DNA of 64,000 nucleotides from Orbicella franksi (taxonomy: Eukaryota). Positions 13,094 to 26,821 of the stretch are shown here, one piece after another; within the stretch, counting starts at the first letter, position 1; each line of letters opens with the position of its first letter. The stretch is from the NCBI GenBank assembly GCA_964199315.1, contig OZ116699.1, positions 15,066,001 to 15,130,000 on the forward strand, read 5' to 3'. A program made the position numbers and the translations under genes. Below the pieces are notes generated by a model, which was given only the letters and a program-made list of their open reading frames with translations, was not told the DNA's origin and did no database searches.

Positions 13094-16000
13094 CTAATCA
13101 GCCTTCTCTCCGTCAGTCTTCTCATATTTAGTAGGTCGCTCACCCTTCTTGCTGAACTTCTTCACCAAAGCATCTTTAAAGCTCTTCTTCTTCTTCACTT
13201 TTGTCCCCTTCTTCTTTGTTGGGCTCTCTGGCTCAGGGGAATCAGCATTGGGAGCCAAAAGCTCACCATCTGCACCATCCTCATCTCCATCCTCTGTGCT
13301 CTTTTCATCACCAGCATCACCATTCACTTCTGTTGTGACCACAACTGTCTTCGACTCCTTTGTCTCATCACCATTGATCCCTTTCTCAACATGGACTGAC
13401 TCTGTGATCACAACTTTCGATGACTTCACAATCACTTCTTTGTTTTCAGGGGTCTGATGAAAGACAAGAATTAGTTTTTGATTTTGTGTACAATCTCAAC
13501 CCCATTAGACAGTGCTTTTTCAATTCATCACACAAAATTAACAGTTTTTGTTTAGTAGAAATCTTTTTATATTTACCTTCATGTTTGGAGGACAATGTTC
13601 AGTTAAATGCCCAGAAAAGCAAAATGAGGTACATAAATGTTCATTTACTAAGACTGGATTGCGGAGCTATGCTTAACTTACCAACAAGAGTCATTAAATA
13701 TATATATAAAAAAACTTTTTAATTTTCCATTTCAATTTTAAGCTTGTGTTGTCCGTATTGGATAATATTGGTCTCGTTCTTTCTTTTTGCAAGTTTATTG
13801 GACCTTGTGGCTTGGCCCATAAACCTGCATTAAAAAAAAAAAAACAAGAAGATCTGTTAGATCTTATAACCGCGCTTTTAAAATTTAACTGTTTTCTTAG
13901 TACTACAGTCGCAACGCAGTGCATATTCCAAAGCAATCTTTGATGATTCATTGATTACTGTAGACATCACAGCACTTGATCAACACAAACTCTATTATCG
14001 CACCATCAGTCGTAGCCGTTGTGACATCTCCGATGACGTAATAGTCTTAATCTGGAACTTTCTTCGGGATATGTATGGGCATGAAGATACGAACACTATT
14101 ACAAACCGCTTTCTTTCTTTAAAGTCACGATTAAATTTAATTGTTTTTTTTCCCTTGAGTTAAGGGTTAGCAAAGAAGTCACACGAGTCACATAATTCAA
14201 GAATTGCGTTATCTACGGCTATCTTTAGTACGATGGTTATTTCCCTACCAATGACGTAATCTTTGCACGTTCTGACATGTTCTTTGCTTGGCTTCCAAAT
14301 ATTTAATTTTCCTCCGATCTATGAACTGGCTGTGATGAAACAGTCAAAGGATTTACTTCATTTGCATAAAACCACAAGAAATACTCACAAAATTACAAAT
14401 AAATTAATGACCGTCGCTTCTGCCGAAATAAACTTGCAAAGTAAACACGATCGTTTTTGTCACGTAGCGAAAGTGAAAGCTGCAACGTCAGCGCATTCCA
14501 TGGCTGACGTAATACCTTTTTTCAGCGTATTTATTATTCCCTTTAAATCCAACGCTTTGATAAAACGAAAAGAAAATATATTTTACCCACAAAAAAGAAA
14601 ACAATATCAGTAAAATTGTCCGTGTATTTATGTTTCAACAGCTTCTGGCGGAAAAAAATCACATGTTGCGTGACTCAAAGTTTGGCCGAGCGGAGGTCTG
14701 CATCTGGTCACCGACAAAAAAAAAAAAATAAACCACAGGTAAACCTAGAACCGCGCTCGGCCCATGGCTGCGCGGTTAAAAAAAAAAAAAAAAAAAAAAA
14801 ATAATAATAAGATTTTCAAGGCCAATATTTCTCCAATACAGACCTCATGCTACATGTAGTTCAATAACAAACATACAGGTGTATATCACCAACACTAAAG
14901 TAAACAAATTACTAGAATGGTCCAGGGGATAAGTACCTACAATCCCTGACAAAAGTAGTTGGGACAGTTGAGCTAGATCATGTATGCCCCATCCCCCCTA
15001 ATTAATGTTGGAAAATGTTGTGTTTTTCTCAACAAAAAGGGCCAACATCACCTGATTATCAACATTGTAAGTGGGGGGAGGGGTGAATTTACTTTGTGTC
15101 CCAACTTTTTTGTCTGGGATTGTAGATTATTTTCCAAGCAAGCAACCAAACAGGCCTTTACCTGCTCTAAGTCCTTGTCAACCCTCTCTGGTATAAGATC
15201 CTTTATCGTAACAGGTTCATCACTTTCCAGCTCAACTTTCTCCTTGTCCTTCTTGTATTCAGTTGATTTTACTGGGGTGTTCAGCCATTTCACACGGTTT
15301 CTGTATGTGTTTGCCCGGCCAGTGGAGTGTGCTCTTCTGACAGATGTTCGTTCAATTTCTGGAGTGTAGTACAACTTTGCGCGAGTGGATGACACTGTTG
15401 AAGGAGTCGTGACCTCTCTTTCAGCTGGCTTTTCACCATGGAAAAGTTCTGGATTTCTGTAAATGTAACCTGACTTGTAGCCCTGCAAATTACAAACCAG
15501 ACAACAGTCAACAATTGAATTGTGAAAGTGACAGCATTTTACTACAATCTGGACATGAATTCCTCTACAAACTTCCAACAGATTGAAATGCTTTTCATGC
15601 CAATAGTCAATAACTGAAGTATAAATTAATTACAGTCTGTACATCACCCTTGGGCTCAAGTAACATTTTTCTACAAATTTTCAACATAAATGCTTGTCAT
15701 GCCAACAGTGAATAAATGAATTATAAGTGATAAAATCACTACAGTCTACATTTTTCTTGATTTAGAAGTAACATTCCTCTACAAATTTTCAATAGAAATG
15801 GTACCATTGCCTTTGTATTCATGTACAGGTTGAAAGTTTTAAAGCTTGTAGGATCAATTTGGTCCACTTTTAACTTATGTACATGAACATTACGTCACAA
15901 ATATAATTAAAGGGAGGGTTTCACAGTTCGGTGCATGTCTGTATTATTTATTCACCTGTGCACGCTTTTTGGCACAGGTCCAGTTTTTCATTGTTTATGA

Positions 16001-19000
16001 ACCAATCCTAAGCAAGTTACCTAATTTCCCATCTATAGATGTAAAGTCATCAACTGTAGAATAAATGGTATGGGTCAACACTTAATTCAACGGTTGACAG
16101 TGCCAGTAAAATCCACTGAATTTGGTCATCTGTCATCCTGCCTAAACTAACTATACCTGTAGCATGTGATTACTGAACTACATCTATGTGGGGTTTTTAA
16201 AGCAATAACATTGATAAGTGCACAAAAGTAGTTTGATATAGGCCCATTCCAAATGCTGCTCCATTCATGCACAGAACTTAACTGATGAGTTAAGTATGGC
16301 AGAAGAGCGGTGTTTGAATCAGTTTGGTTTGGCAGGTTAGGTTTGGTGTGGCAAACAACATTAAATTCGGCAGGGTCTGTAGCACTATGCGACGTTGGAG
16401 CGGCAGCTGATTCATACGGCATTCTCCTCATATGTTGAACCTAAAGCATAAATTACTGTAATGTATTTTTCATACAATGGGACTCATGATTGCCTCAAAA
16501 TTGAGTGGCATGACCAGTCAAGCATGAAGCTCAGAGTCGTCACTAAAAATACCAGTATGGCCTAGATTTATGAGAAACGGGACTGTATAAGCGAGTTCCT
16601 CTAGCGCAAATTCATTTTTTGCTATTTCTTCGTGGTAATAGCTCAGCTTATGAGATTTCCCTTTAACAAGTCGAATTAACCGGGAGAAAACCTGTCTAAA
16701 TACAAACAATGAACCTTGAGTTTGAATTTGCTTCCCTAAATATTGCTATAACAGCAAAATGTTAGTCACAGCTTTTCTATTTGGACAGAGTTCTTGAATA
16801 TTCAGAACGCATATTTTCTCGTCGAAAATTGTTCCCACCGGCTTCCCGAATTAAGTTCAACGCAAGTACGCCGTCTGAACCAGTCATCGCTTCAAAGTCG
16901 CTCTTAAGTCGAACTTTATCAAGTTTGGTTCGGCACATGAGTAGAGCGGCATTTGGACCGGGCCTTAGAGACATGCACCGAACTGTGAAACCCTCCCTTT
17001 AATACTAATGTATGTCACACATGCGGCAGACCAAGGTGTACAGGGTTAGTCTGGCTTCCTGCTTATTTACAAGCTGTATGTGACTGTTAGTAGGCCATAT
17101 TTAATTTTGTGTTCTCGGAATTGGACTGGACTGGCATGTAATGTAGGCTCATGTGGGGAAATAATTATCATTAAAAAGAGATTAAAATGTCAATTGAATT
17201 GAAAAGACACCCCATATTAGCCTCAGTTGGAAGCTAGTTCCAGTCTAATGTCAAGTAAATTACATGAAATATGAGCTGTTATATAATTGCCACATGTTTG
17301 GGATGAGGGGTTCCTTGCCTTTTAATGTGGAAGAACAAACTACATATATATGGGTTATTGACCAAGTGTGAAGTCAAGATGGCTGGATATTGGTCACGTT
17401 CTTTTTTTGCGAGTTTATGGACTGAGACGAAGTTGAGGTCCATAAACTCGCAAAAAAAGAATGAGGCTAATATCCAGCCATCTTGACTGAATAAGCTTGG
17501 TCAATAAAGGATTTATTTTATGGCTTTTGGGGAAATTTTTCTTGCGGGACAAGGCGGGTAGTCCCGAGCGGGCAAGATAGCTCCATCTTGCCCGCACACG
17601 GAGCTAGCCATATAATAAATGCATATACAGTGTGGCTCACTTACATAGTCTACAAGATACAGTGTATACATGTACAGTACTCCACAAAAGTGGGTTTCAC
17701 CAAACTTGCTGTACTTGAACATACCATAGAATCCAGTAAACGCATATATGCTTCAAACTCCATCTCTCCTCTTTTCCATTTCATTTCACTGGAGTTCACT
17801 CCCCCGCCACCTTCTTGAGTTGTCTCCTTTACTTGATCTCTTGCAAAATCTTCGCACTTAATCAGGTTGTCAACTCCAGCAGCAACAGCTTTCATCTTCA
17901 GATATATTATATAGTATTACGAAAAACTGGATCATAGGATAATGCAATTCAAGAGTTTTCATTGGCTTAGCCATCATGGTATACGTGCAATTATACCATG
18001 CTCTACAAATATGGTGAGCAAAAACATTTTTCGGGGGCGTTTTTATCTTTAATTTGTTATAGTTTTCTACATTTTGGGGGCGTTCTTAACAAAACAATTA
18101 TTCCACTCGTGCTTGTTGGATACAAGTGTGGGATGATCATAGCCAACTTGGCACTGTGTACCTTGTAGGCTATCTATCATTTCAAATCCAATGCAAGCTT
18201 GTGGAATAACTGTTAAATAGTTTTGAAAAAAAACATACAAGTTGTCTATGTTGTGAATAACTATTCAAGCCACTGAAATTACAGTGCCACCCAAAATAAC
18301 AATACAGTAATGGTGCATAATTTATCATGGTTTGCACGCTTGTGTCACTGACAAACCACAGGAGGATTCAGTTAGTGGAGATTCAACTTAAATGCAGTGG
18401 AGGTGCCCTGGCTCATGGTTAGTGTGCTTGTCTCTGGATCAAGCCGTCCGGGTTAGAGATGTTGTGTTGTGTTCTTGGTCAAGACACTTTACTCTCACAA
18501 TGCCTCTCTCCACCCAGGTGTGTGAATGGGTACCAGCGAATTTAATGTTGGGGGTAACCCTACGATGGACTAGCATCCCATCCAAGGGGCAGTAGAAATA
18601 CTCCTGGTTGCTTCATGTTATGGAAACCGGGACAAGCTCCTGCCCAATGGGCCACTTGGCTCGTATGCAGACTTTTACAACTATAACGTACATGTATCTT
18701 TTACTGTTTAGAGTAAAACTTTGCTACTTTCAGTGTGATCATCATGCAGTAACTTCCAATTTTTTTTTTGGGGGGGGGGGGGTATTGCTTTCTGAAATTA
18801 CATGTACAATAAAGCCTAGTTTACACTAACAACATAACGACATCATGACACAACCACATAACGACATAATTGCCTTATGTCGGTAATGTGAACATCGACA
18901 TGACTTTTAGCTAGATGAAAAATGGAGCTGGAGATTGCAATTGCAATAATGTTGCTTCTTTCTTCTTTTGTTCTTTAAATTCCTTCATACTTTTGACATA

Positions 19001-22000
19001 TAATATTAGATAGCATCGAACCGCTTTAGCAACTGCTTCTTCATCTATCTGAGCTGTCAATATTTCCTGCCTGGCAACAGTCAATTCTTGCTCAGCTGCC
19101 GCCATTTTGAAAATAGTGCTGGTGGCAGACTGGGTTGGACAATTCTTGTGCCGCTCTGATTGGTTCTTTGTTATGTTGTTATGTCGATGATGTTCACACT
19201 TGTTCTAACAGAAACATAACGCCATATTGACATAGACATAATGACATAAGGAAAAGATCAGCTTTTTCCTTATGTTGCTATGTTGCTATTACATGTATGT
19301 CATTATGTCAGGATGTTCACATTGCCAACATAAGAACACAAGGTCCTTCTTATGTTGTTATTTCACTATGTTGCTAGTGTGAACTAGGCCTAAGAACTCA
19401 AGAATGCCAAGTTGTGAAGGTGCTAGTAATAGTACGCTTTTAGGAGACTGTTATCTGTAGAATTCTATTGCTGTGTAAGGTGTAAATCAATTTCTAGATT
19501 GTGTCCAGTGTCCCAGATAAGTGAGAGATCTCAGGTCAAAACCCCGACAAGATCAGTGACATGACCCAACAAATTAATTGGAAATTTATCAATAATGATT
19601 TGGTGGGAGCAGTGGGAATTGACCTGTTGGAATTCCTTTTTGACACCCTACCTTGAAAATTTATCTGGAACCCTGATTGTCTCTTCTCTAATCAGCAGAC
19701 AATGTTAATAGTGATTTACAAAGAGTGCAGAGTATATACAAGGACATAAATGTAATTACCTGGAATGAACAAGCCTTCACAGCACTTTGAGCCAGAGAAA
19801 ATGCTTCTTCTATGGTCTCCCCACAAACCACAATACCATGATTCCTCAGAATCATAGCCTAAGAGAGAAAAGTTTGTTCAGAAGTGTTTGTTATAACACA
19901 ATAATTAGTTCTAAGTGGAATTGATAAACTTAATAATAACGATTATTATTAGCTGCAAATTAATACAATATTGCACCATGTACAAAGTGCCCCAATTGGT
20001 AAAACAGAGCTGTTGATGAAGGGTGCCCACAACCATGCATGAAACAAGCTATTTTTAAGCAATTTGGTGAATCACTTCAACACAACAACAACAGGCTCCC
20101 TGGTGAATAACTGACTAACAATGTCAGTAGTTGAAGTTTGATGATACTTTGCTACCTACATAAACGTTAAAAAAAAGCAAAGCAAAAAGATGGAGGGATA
20201 ATAGCAGGGGAGAACAAATTCCATTTCAAGGTCCACTCACCTTTCATTAAAATTTATAAAGTAAAAACCTAAGTGTATATTATAAAATAAGTAACATGAT
20301 TTGCCGAAACAAATTTGCAAAATAAAATTGATAAAATACAAAAAAGAATTAATAAGACTAGTGCTAGTTTGAGTATAGGTAACTTCAGAAGGGAGATTTA
20401 AAGGAATCAATGCTTGATTTACACATGACATGAGAGGGGAGAGAGAGTTCTACTCATTGACATAACAATACCTTGCTTTCTTCACCCAAGTCTTTCACTA
20501 TTGATTCTTTTTCTTCTTCATTAGAGAAAATGCCTCTAAAATCATGGTAGGCTATTTCACCCAACTGAAAACAAAACAACAAGATACCAGTCATGACACA
20601 GCAAATATGTCATAGCAACCACAACAGTGCAATTATCGCTTTACATTGACAATGTTTAGATTGTTTGCTCTCTCTCAAGAAACCAAGATGAATAGCGTTT
20701 ATACAAGTATCTGCAGCAACATGAACAAAGTTTGTTTTTAGAGCAGTCATTTACATTAATGTAAATTTTACATTTATGTAGTTCTCATTTCTTTTTTTCT
20801 ATTATTTTATACTTTCACCACTTATTTTGACCAATCGGATATAAACCAAATGATCACATCTGTGCAGGGTGCAAAGATTTTCAGGCTAGCCCTTTGGGCA
20901 AACTAACTCTAACTTACTAGTCTGAGAAACATTTTTATGTACCCCCCAAAATTACTCTCTTGCTAACTGTACTCCTGTGATTGAATTTTATTAAATTCTC
21001 TCAAGAAAATTTACTTGCTCTTGGAGCGAGTGAAGGATAGAATCCACTAACTAAATTGCAAAATCCACTAGTTTCAGGACACCACTTTCTTTGCATGTTG
21101 TCTGTCAACAGCACAACTAATGACAAGGACTTACAGAAAGTGCTTCAATACATATTGGTAGAAGTCCACATTTCATCGCCGACACCTGAAAACAGCATGA
21201 AAAAACAACACAATTGAAACCTACCAGTCGAGAACAATTCAGCATTGACGTCAATGTACAAATTGATTTAATTGCTGATTTACAGACATTGTAGGCAAGG
21301 ATAGAGATCTTTTAGCTTAAATTAATTTAACTCCTGAGCATGCTCCCAAGCCCACATTAACAAAAGATATACAAATGTGTAGTTCCAGAAAATATCCATA
21401 CCTCTCCCACCCCTCTGGAAATTCCAATTAAGCTTGAAGTATTTCTTTAAATTTTACTCGTTTTACAGAATCCCCCATCCCCTGAAAATTCCAATCCTTG
21501 CTGCGTGGGGGGAGTATGGATATTTTCTGGAACAGCACAATGTATCATGGTCAAAGGAAGATAAGCATTTCCTGCCCTTGTTTCTTGGCTACCATGGGAT
21601 TTTAACATTCACTTTCAATTTTGTTTTTCTAGCCTTGGGCTAAGGTGTGCCTTATTTTGTAGCAGAATTTGAAATCAAGAGAATTCCCTGGTTGGGACTT
21701 CCACTGATCATCTTGTAGAACAGACTCCAAAAACACAAATATGCACAAGAACTCAAGAAAATTTCTGTTCATAGGTGGGTGGCTGTGCAAAACCTTAAGC
21801 TTAAGCTTTCTATGGTCATGGGCTATGTTATGGCTGTCAGGAATATTGAATACAAAACATTAACACTAACATTTAAATAGGGGCAAAAAGCATTTACAAT
21901 TTTCCAAGATCTAACAAGTCTAAAATTAAGAAATTATACATGGCATCATGCATCATGCACACATATATAAATTTCTGCATTTATAAAACTAAATAGATCA

Positions 22001-24556
22001 AATTTGGTGACACCCTACTCTAGGTTGGCTTAGCAAACTATTTCAGACATAACACCACAAAGAAATTGAACATACAATCTACAAAGAACATGCATTTATG
22101 TTTGCAAGCATAATTGCCACTGACATTTTAAAAACAAACAGGGTGTATAACTTTCAAATGAGACTAAAGAAACCTGTTGAAGTAACATTATCATCCAAGT
22201 TTAAATAGGAAAATGAGCTTTCTCTAGAGTTGGTGAGCTTACCAAAGCAATATCAAGATAAATAAAAGGCTAGTAAGGATTCCTCTGAAAAGAAGGCTTC
22301 CTTTAATGTACTTAGACAATTTGTTACCTAAAACAACTGAGCATAATAACTTTCAATCTAAAATCATTTACACTAAAACAAGTGTCAAATTAAAGGATGA
22401 AAAAGAACTTTGAGAACGTTCCAGAATATTAATCAGCTGACCATCTTACAAATGAGACATGCCTCTAAAGATCTCTAGAAACTTTGCCAATTTTTTTAAA
22501 CAACAGACAAAAACGCAAAGATAAACTTAAAAAAAAGGATACAATTTACGAACACAGAAATAAGAAAACTGTTTATTGAAGGTCTCGGCTAAGCCCACCT
22601 CGCATCCAATGTAGATGTTTAATTTATAGCCTTTTCCAAAGCCACGAATAGGAGATTTATTCAAATCAAGGAAGCCCCTGGTCTAGCCCTGAACAGGTGC
22701 TAAACGGTAAACAAGAGGGATTAAGCTTAAGGAATACTCCAGACTTGACCCATCCACGGATCGTGCTGCAGCCAATACAGCCCCAACCGTGAAATATTAA
22801 ATAAAGAATTTAGAACGGTGACGAGCTAGTTCCAGTGAAACATTCGTTATCAATATAATCAACCACAGAACGCCTCAATTCAACAGCATTCTTTCCAATC
22901 ATTAAAGTTTCATTTTTATTAAGCGAACTCGACATTTGATTCCTTGCCTTTGGTTCCACAGACATGAGTGATATCATTGCGATAGAGAATGCTTCTGTGT
23001 ATGTATCGCCCGTATGAAATCCAACCCATTATTTAATGGTAACATGATGAAAGCGAAATGTACTCGTACGTGCGACCGTTTTCGCTTTCCCCACAAACCA
23101 ACCCTATGTTCGGTTTTATTGGAAGGTTTCGTCCGCATGAAACGCTTCAGAAAAGCCATAAAGCGCTGGCAAATTGCTATCGATAAGAGAACATTTAATT
23201 TAGGCGTTTATAAGGCTTTTTTAACATGGGAATTACAGTAATGCTGCATAGAGTCCACCAATTTGTGACGCGCGTTCGAATCCAAAACGCGGTTACCTGC
23301 AAAAACAGTAGACCCCTGCCGCTGAAATCACAAAAAGTCACGCGAAAAGCAAAACTAACTTTGCTCTGTCTTCAATGGACATTTCAACAAGGTCGGGAAA
23401 CAAAATGACAAAATGAACAACGCTAATTTTGCGCACAAGGATATTGACAAGAGCAAAAATATGCAGCGCATACCGACATGACGTATCATAATCAAGACTA
23501 GTTTGTCGAAAAAAACGCGCATAAAACAATGCAAACACCACGACAGTTGCAGGTCACAAAACTGGTTTCCTAAATTGTAGTTTAAAACTTACCGCCACTA
23601 TAGCGTCTTGGTGTAGATGGATAATGGCTCTGGCGTCCTTCCTAGCTCCATGGATCGCAGAATGGAGCAACATACCAGCTTTGTTCACACCGAGATTGGT
23701 GCTGCCTTGATCAACCACACTTCCATCGGGATTAACTTTGAGCAGACTAGACGCTGTCACTTCATTGTACAAGAGTCCAAAGGGATGAATCAAGAAGCTC
23801 TCTTGGTCAGCCGACGGGCGAATCTAGCAGATGAAACCGACAACGCTTATTGTTACAATCAATTTCTTACTATGAGCACGCTAGCGGCTATTCGCGACAA
23901 ACAACCCTCGACAACTTCAGAAAATGTCTTATCTAAGTATTAGCAGCAGAACAAACGTAGAATTGTGCACAGCCCTTCGAGAAATAAGGAATTAACAGCT
24001 AAATTCAAAGCAGTCACGTCTGCGTCTGCAGCCATTGAAAACAAGCTATTGTGACAGAACGTCCGCGCGCGAGACAAAATAAATATTCCACTAAAATACT
24101 TATCCTAGTAGTACTCACAGTTATGAAACTATAAAGGCCGGTATTCCATCCAAAAAGATCGACTAGGCGGTATGTGGAGGCCAGTTTACAGCGCAATAAC
24201 CTCTCTTGCTTGGAATAATTCAAGGTATCGGAGCCTCTGATGTCTGCTATCGGGGTGACAACGGCCGACATACCTCCTCCGTAGTAACTACTGGAGGGAA
24301 TGAGAAAATCTTGATAAGTACGAACGCCTTCGCCGCTGGATTTAGGCCCATTCTGAACATAGGTTTGAACAAGGTCTTCCAGTTCATCGCGAAGAACTTT
24401 GTCATTCAGAACAAGAGAGACACGCTGTCGAAGCTTCAGACCACGGACATCGCGAACAACATCTTCCGGCCTTCGCACCGCTCTGCCTCTCGAAGGGGCG
24501 CTAAATCTCCTCGCTTTGCCATCAATGAGCGGTTTGTTAGCCTTCCCTGTCGACAT
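13094..24556 (-). CDS. ADD: Adducin (class II aldolase/adducin head, short tail, basic MARCKS-like C-terminus), about 587 aa, 8 exons
   Basis: Exons 24556-24119, 23823-23593, 21185-21135, 20564-20472, 19858-19760, 17895-17725, 15482-15162, 13453-13094, all phase 0. Motifs LLRCKLASTYRLVDLFGW, PFGLLYNEVTASSLLKVN, VSAMKCGLLP, ILRNHGIVVCGETIEEAF, GYKSGYIYRNP and VKWLNTP. Assigning the last exon (KKKKSFKDALVKKFSKK) to this gene is inferred from phase and its basic character. The 17895 acceptor is a weak AAG. Confidence 0.88.
14940..15122. mobile_element. Tc1/mariner-type MITE, 183 bp, TA TSD, in the last adducin intron
   Basis: TIR CAATCCCTGACAAAAGTAGTTGGGACA versus TGTCCCAACTTTTTTGTCTGGGATTG. 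TA at 14938-14939 and 15123-15124. Confidence 0.75.
16241..16964. mobile_element. PIF/Harbinger-type MITE, about 724 bp, diverged long TIRs
   Basis: Left GGCCCATTCCAAATGCTGCTCCATTCATG; right end reverse-complements to GGCCCGGTCCAAATGCCGCTCTACTCATG. Flanks are ATA and TTA. Confidence 0.6.
17347..17619. repeat. Repeat family A, copy 2
   Basis: Colinear with 1858-2173. Confidence 0.8.
17912..18218. repeat. Interspersed repeat abutting the acceptor of adducin exon 6
   Basis: Recognised from recall as an anthozoan repeat type (AACAATTATTCCACTCG...TGGAATAACTGTTAAATA end); there is no second copy in the window. Confidence 0.45.
18399..18677 (+). mobile_element. tRNA-derived SINE
   Basis: A-box-like head (TGGCTCATGGTTAGTGTGC), conserved core CAAGACACTTTACTCTCACAATGCCTCTCTCCACCCAGGTG, GATGGACTAGCATCCCATCCA, and tail GCCACTTGGCTCGTATGCAGACTTT. 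Confidence 0.75.
18813..19390. mobile_element. PIF/Harbinger-type MITE, 578 bp, TAA TSD
   Basis: AGCCTAGTTTACACTAACAACATAA versus TTATGTTGCTAGTGTGAACTAGGCC. TAA at 18810-18812 and 19391-19393. Subterminal ACATAA/TTATGT repeats. Confidence 0.8.
21374..21541. mobile_element. MITE with about 27-bp TIR
   Basis: TGTGTAGTTCCAGAAAATATCCATAC versus GTATGGATATTTTCTGGAACAGCACA. Confidence 0.7.
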
Positions 24557-25801
24557 GTTGGCAAATACGGCTTAGGTTGAGAGGCCAAACCGAGAAAGAA
24601 GCGTTTTCTGAATGGCGATCACACCTTCGTAAAACGCCCAAAGCACGCGCAGAAAAGTCGGGAATATTCACTGCTCATGCGTTACACTGGGAAAGAGAAA
24701 GTAAACTAATTTCATTGGCTAGAATAAGGGCACGTGGTCACGATCATTAGATCGCGCGCAGGAAAATTTCCAAACACGCACGAAGACTTTTTGGCTGAAA
24801 AATCGCGCTTTATGGAGATAATGCGATTACTTACCCAGTGTTTCTTAAACTGACTCGAAAAAGCAGATCAATTTCAACTTACTTTACTAAATTAAGACAC
24901 TGCGATGTTTATAGCAAAATATTTGGAAATTTATTTGAGGGCTCAAAACATCAAAACCTCAAAACACCAAAACCACCAGATTAAATCCACTTGGTGAATT
25001 TCCGATATATGCAGCAAAATTGCGATTGCAAAAAAAAAAATAATAATAATGCTTTACGTATATATCTTGTGCATTATCTAAACCACGATGGACGTTTATA
25101 TTTCCGGAAAAAAAAGAGAAAAAAAATTAACTCCAAGGTATAGTCCAGAAAAGAAATGTTTATCTTGAATTTCCAGATTTTATTAGCTTTTATTGCAGCA
25201 GATATCGATCTGATTCAAGCATTTTCCTTTATTTAACACGTAAATATAATGATTCTAAAATGGAAGCATCCAGGAAGTCCTTTGCGGCGCTGGCTATTGA
25301 GGTGGTCACATGCAATCAAGAATATCAAGGCTTAAGAATATTTTGACTCGCCCCTCGTCTTCTCTTTTCATCAATATCCTATTTCTGTGTTTTACATTCG
25401 GTTTACAATATTCCATATAGCTAATGAGGTTGTCAGGTCCTGAAGAAATCCTGGTGATGATTGCGAAGACCAAATTCCTGTGCATTGATTGGTGTTTTGC
25501 AATTTGCTTATTTAGCGATGTGAGACTTTAACAACCACTTCTTTTATGACCTTCAGTTGTGTGCGAGTTGTTTGTTTATTAATTTCAAAGATTTTTTGGA
25601 TCATGTGCGCGTTATCTTCTACTATACTATTACAAGCCTCAGCAGATTGGATCACTCTATTATTATCTGTTGTTCCCGAAAGATCGCGAAAAATATGAAC
25701 GGGTCAATCAGCCCTTGTTCACCTTTGACCACACGCGCGAGACGCGTTTGTCACGCAAATAGAGCGCGAGTATGCGAAGGGACCGCAATTCATAACACAG
25801 T

Positions 25802-25839
25802 CAAGAGAAAATGAGGGACCTGTCCCTCATTTTCTCTTG
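25802..25839. repeat. Perfect 18-bp inverted repeat with a 2-nt loop
   Basis: CAAGAGAAAATGAGGGAC-CT-GTCCCTCATTTTCTCTTG. Confidence 0.9.
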
Positions 25840-26821
25840 CACAGTCTGTCACTGGATGGAATTAATAGGAGGCGAACGAAAACAATTTGGTAGGTATTCA
25901 AACGCAATCGTGCGAGGCAAAAAAATTCAAAAATTGCACGTGAATGTTTCTTCAGGCATTTTAAAAAGAATTTACTCCGCATGAGGCCTCCAGTCGCTGA
26001 GCTCATCGAACACAGATGGGATAAAAAAAGGTCCGCTTTAGCCTAAAACCGTAGAAAAAGTGTATGTTTTGTTGGGTCGAGTGCAATTTTCCCTCAGACC
26101 GTTTCGGGTGACTTCGTCTCGTTTCAGTTTGTTTATAAGTCGCGACAAAAGAGAGGTGAAACTCAAAGCTATTAAATGAAGAGTACAGTCAAGCACGGAT
26201 AGATATTCGAACCCTGCGGGTAGGCTAATCACTCTCAATATTATTTGTCGTGAGGGATGAGTCCCTAAGGACCAATTATGGAGTCAAACAAAGAGTAAGA
26301 CGTGGGACGCAGAGAATGGACAATTAGACAAGACTAACCACAACTACTGTATTAAAATTATTGTTTTAACACGGCGAAAAAAGACTTTCCCTTCAATAAC
26401 CGTAATTTTTTCGTCGTCATTATTTTGGCTTCCTCAGTGATCACCGCGTCGCTGTAGGATCGATTTCATGTTTATCACATTAAGCAAATTCAAGTCTTGT
26501 GATTAGACAGTATGAGCAGCTCTTGAGATTCAACGGAGATAAACGAAGCGAAAAAAAGAAGTCAACTTCTCGACAAACCGCCGAGGGACCAACCCGAAAT
26601 CTTCAAACGGAGGTGGACGCAAATGGTGACTCATGATTGCAAGGTGCAGAAACCACATGTGACATGCATACCGACTCCTGTGGGTTTTAGTTTTGTGATT
26701 TTCCCACGAATAACGAAAGCAAGATACAGGTAGCAAAAACAATTCACTTCATGATATTTTACGCGAACTTCCGCACGAAATGCTTTCGCACCTTACGTCG
26801 AGATCGTAGCAGACTGATTAA

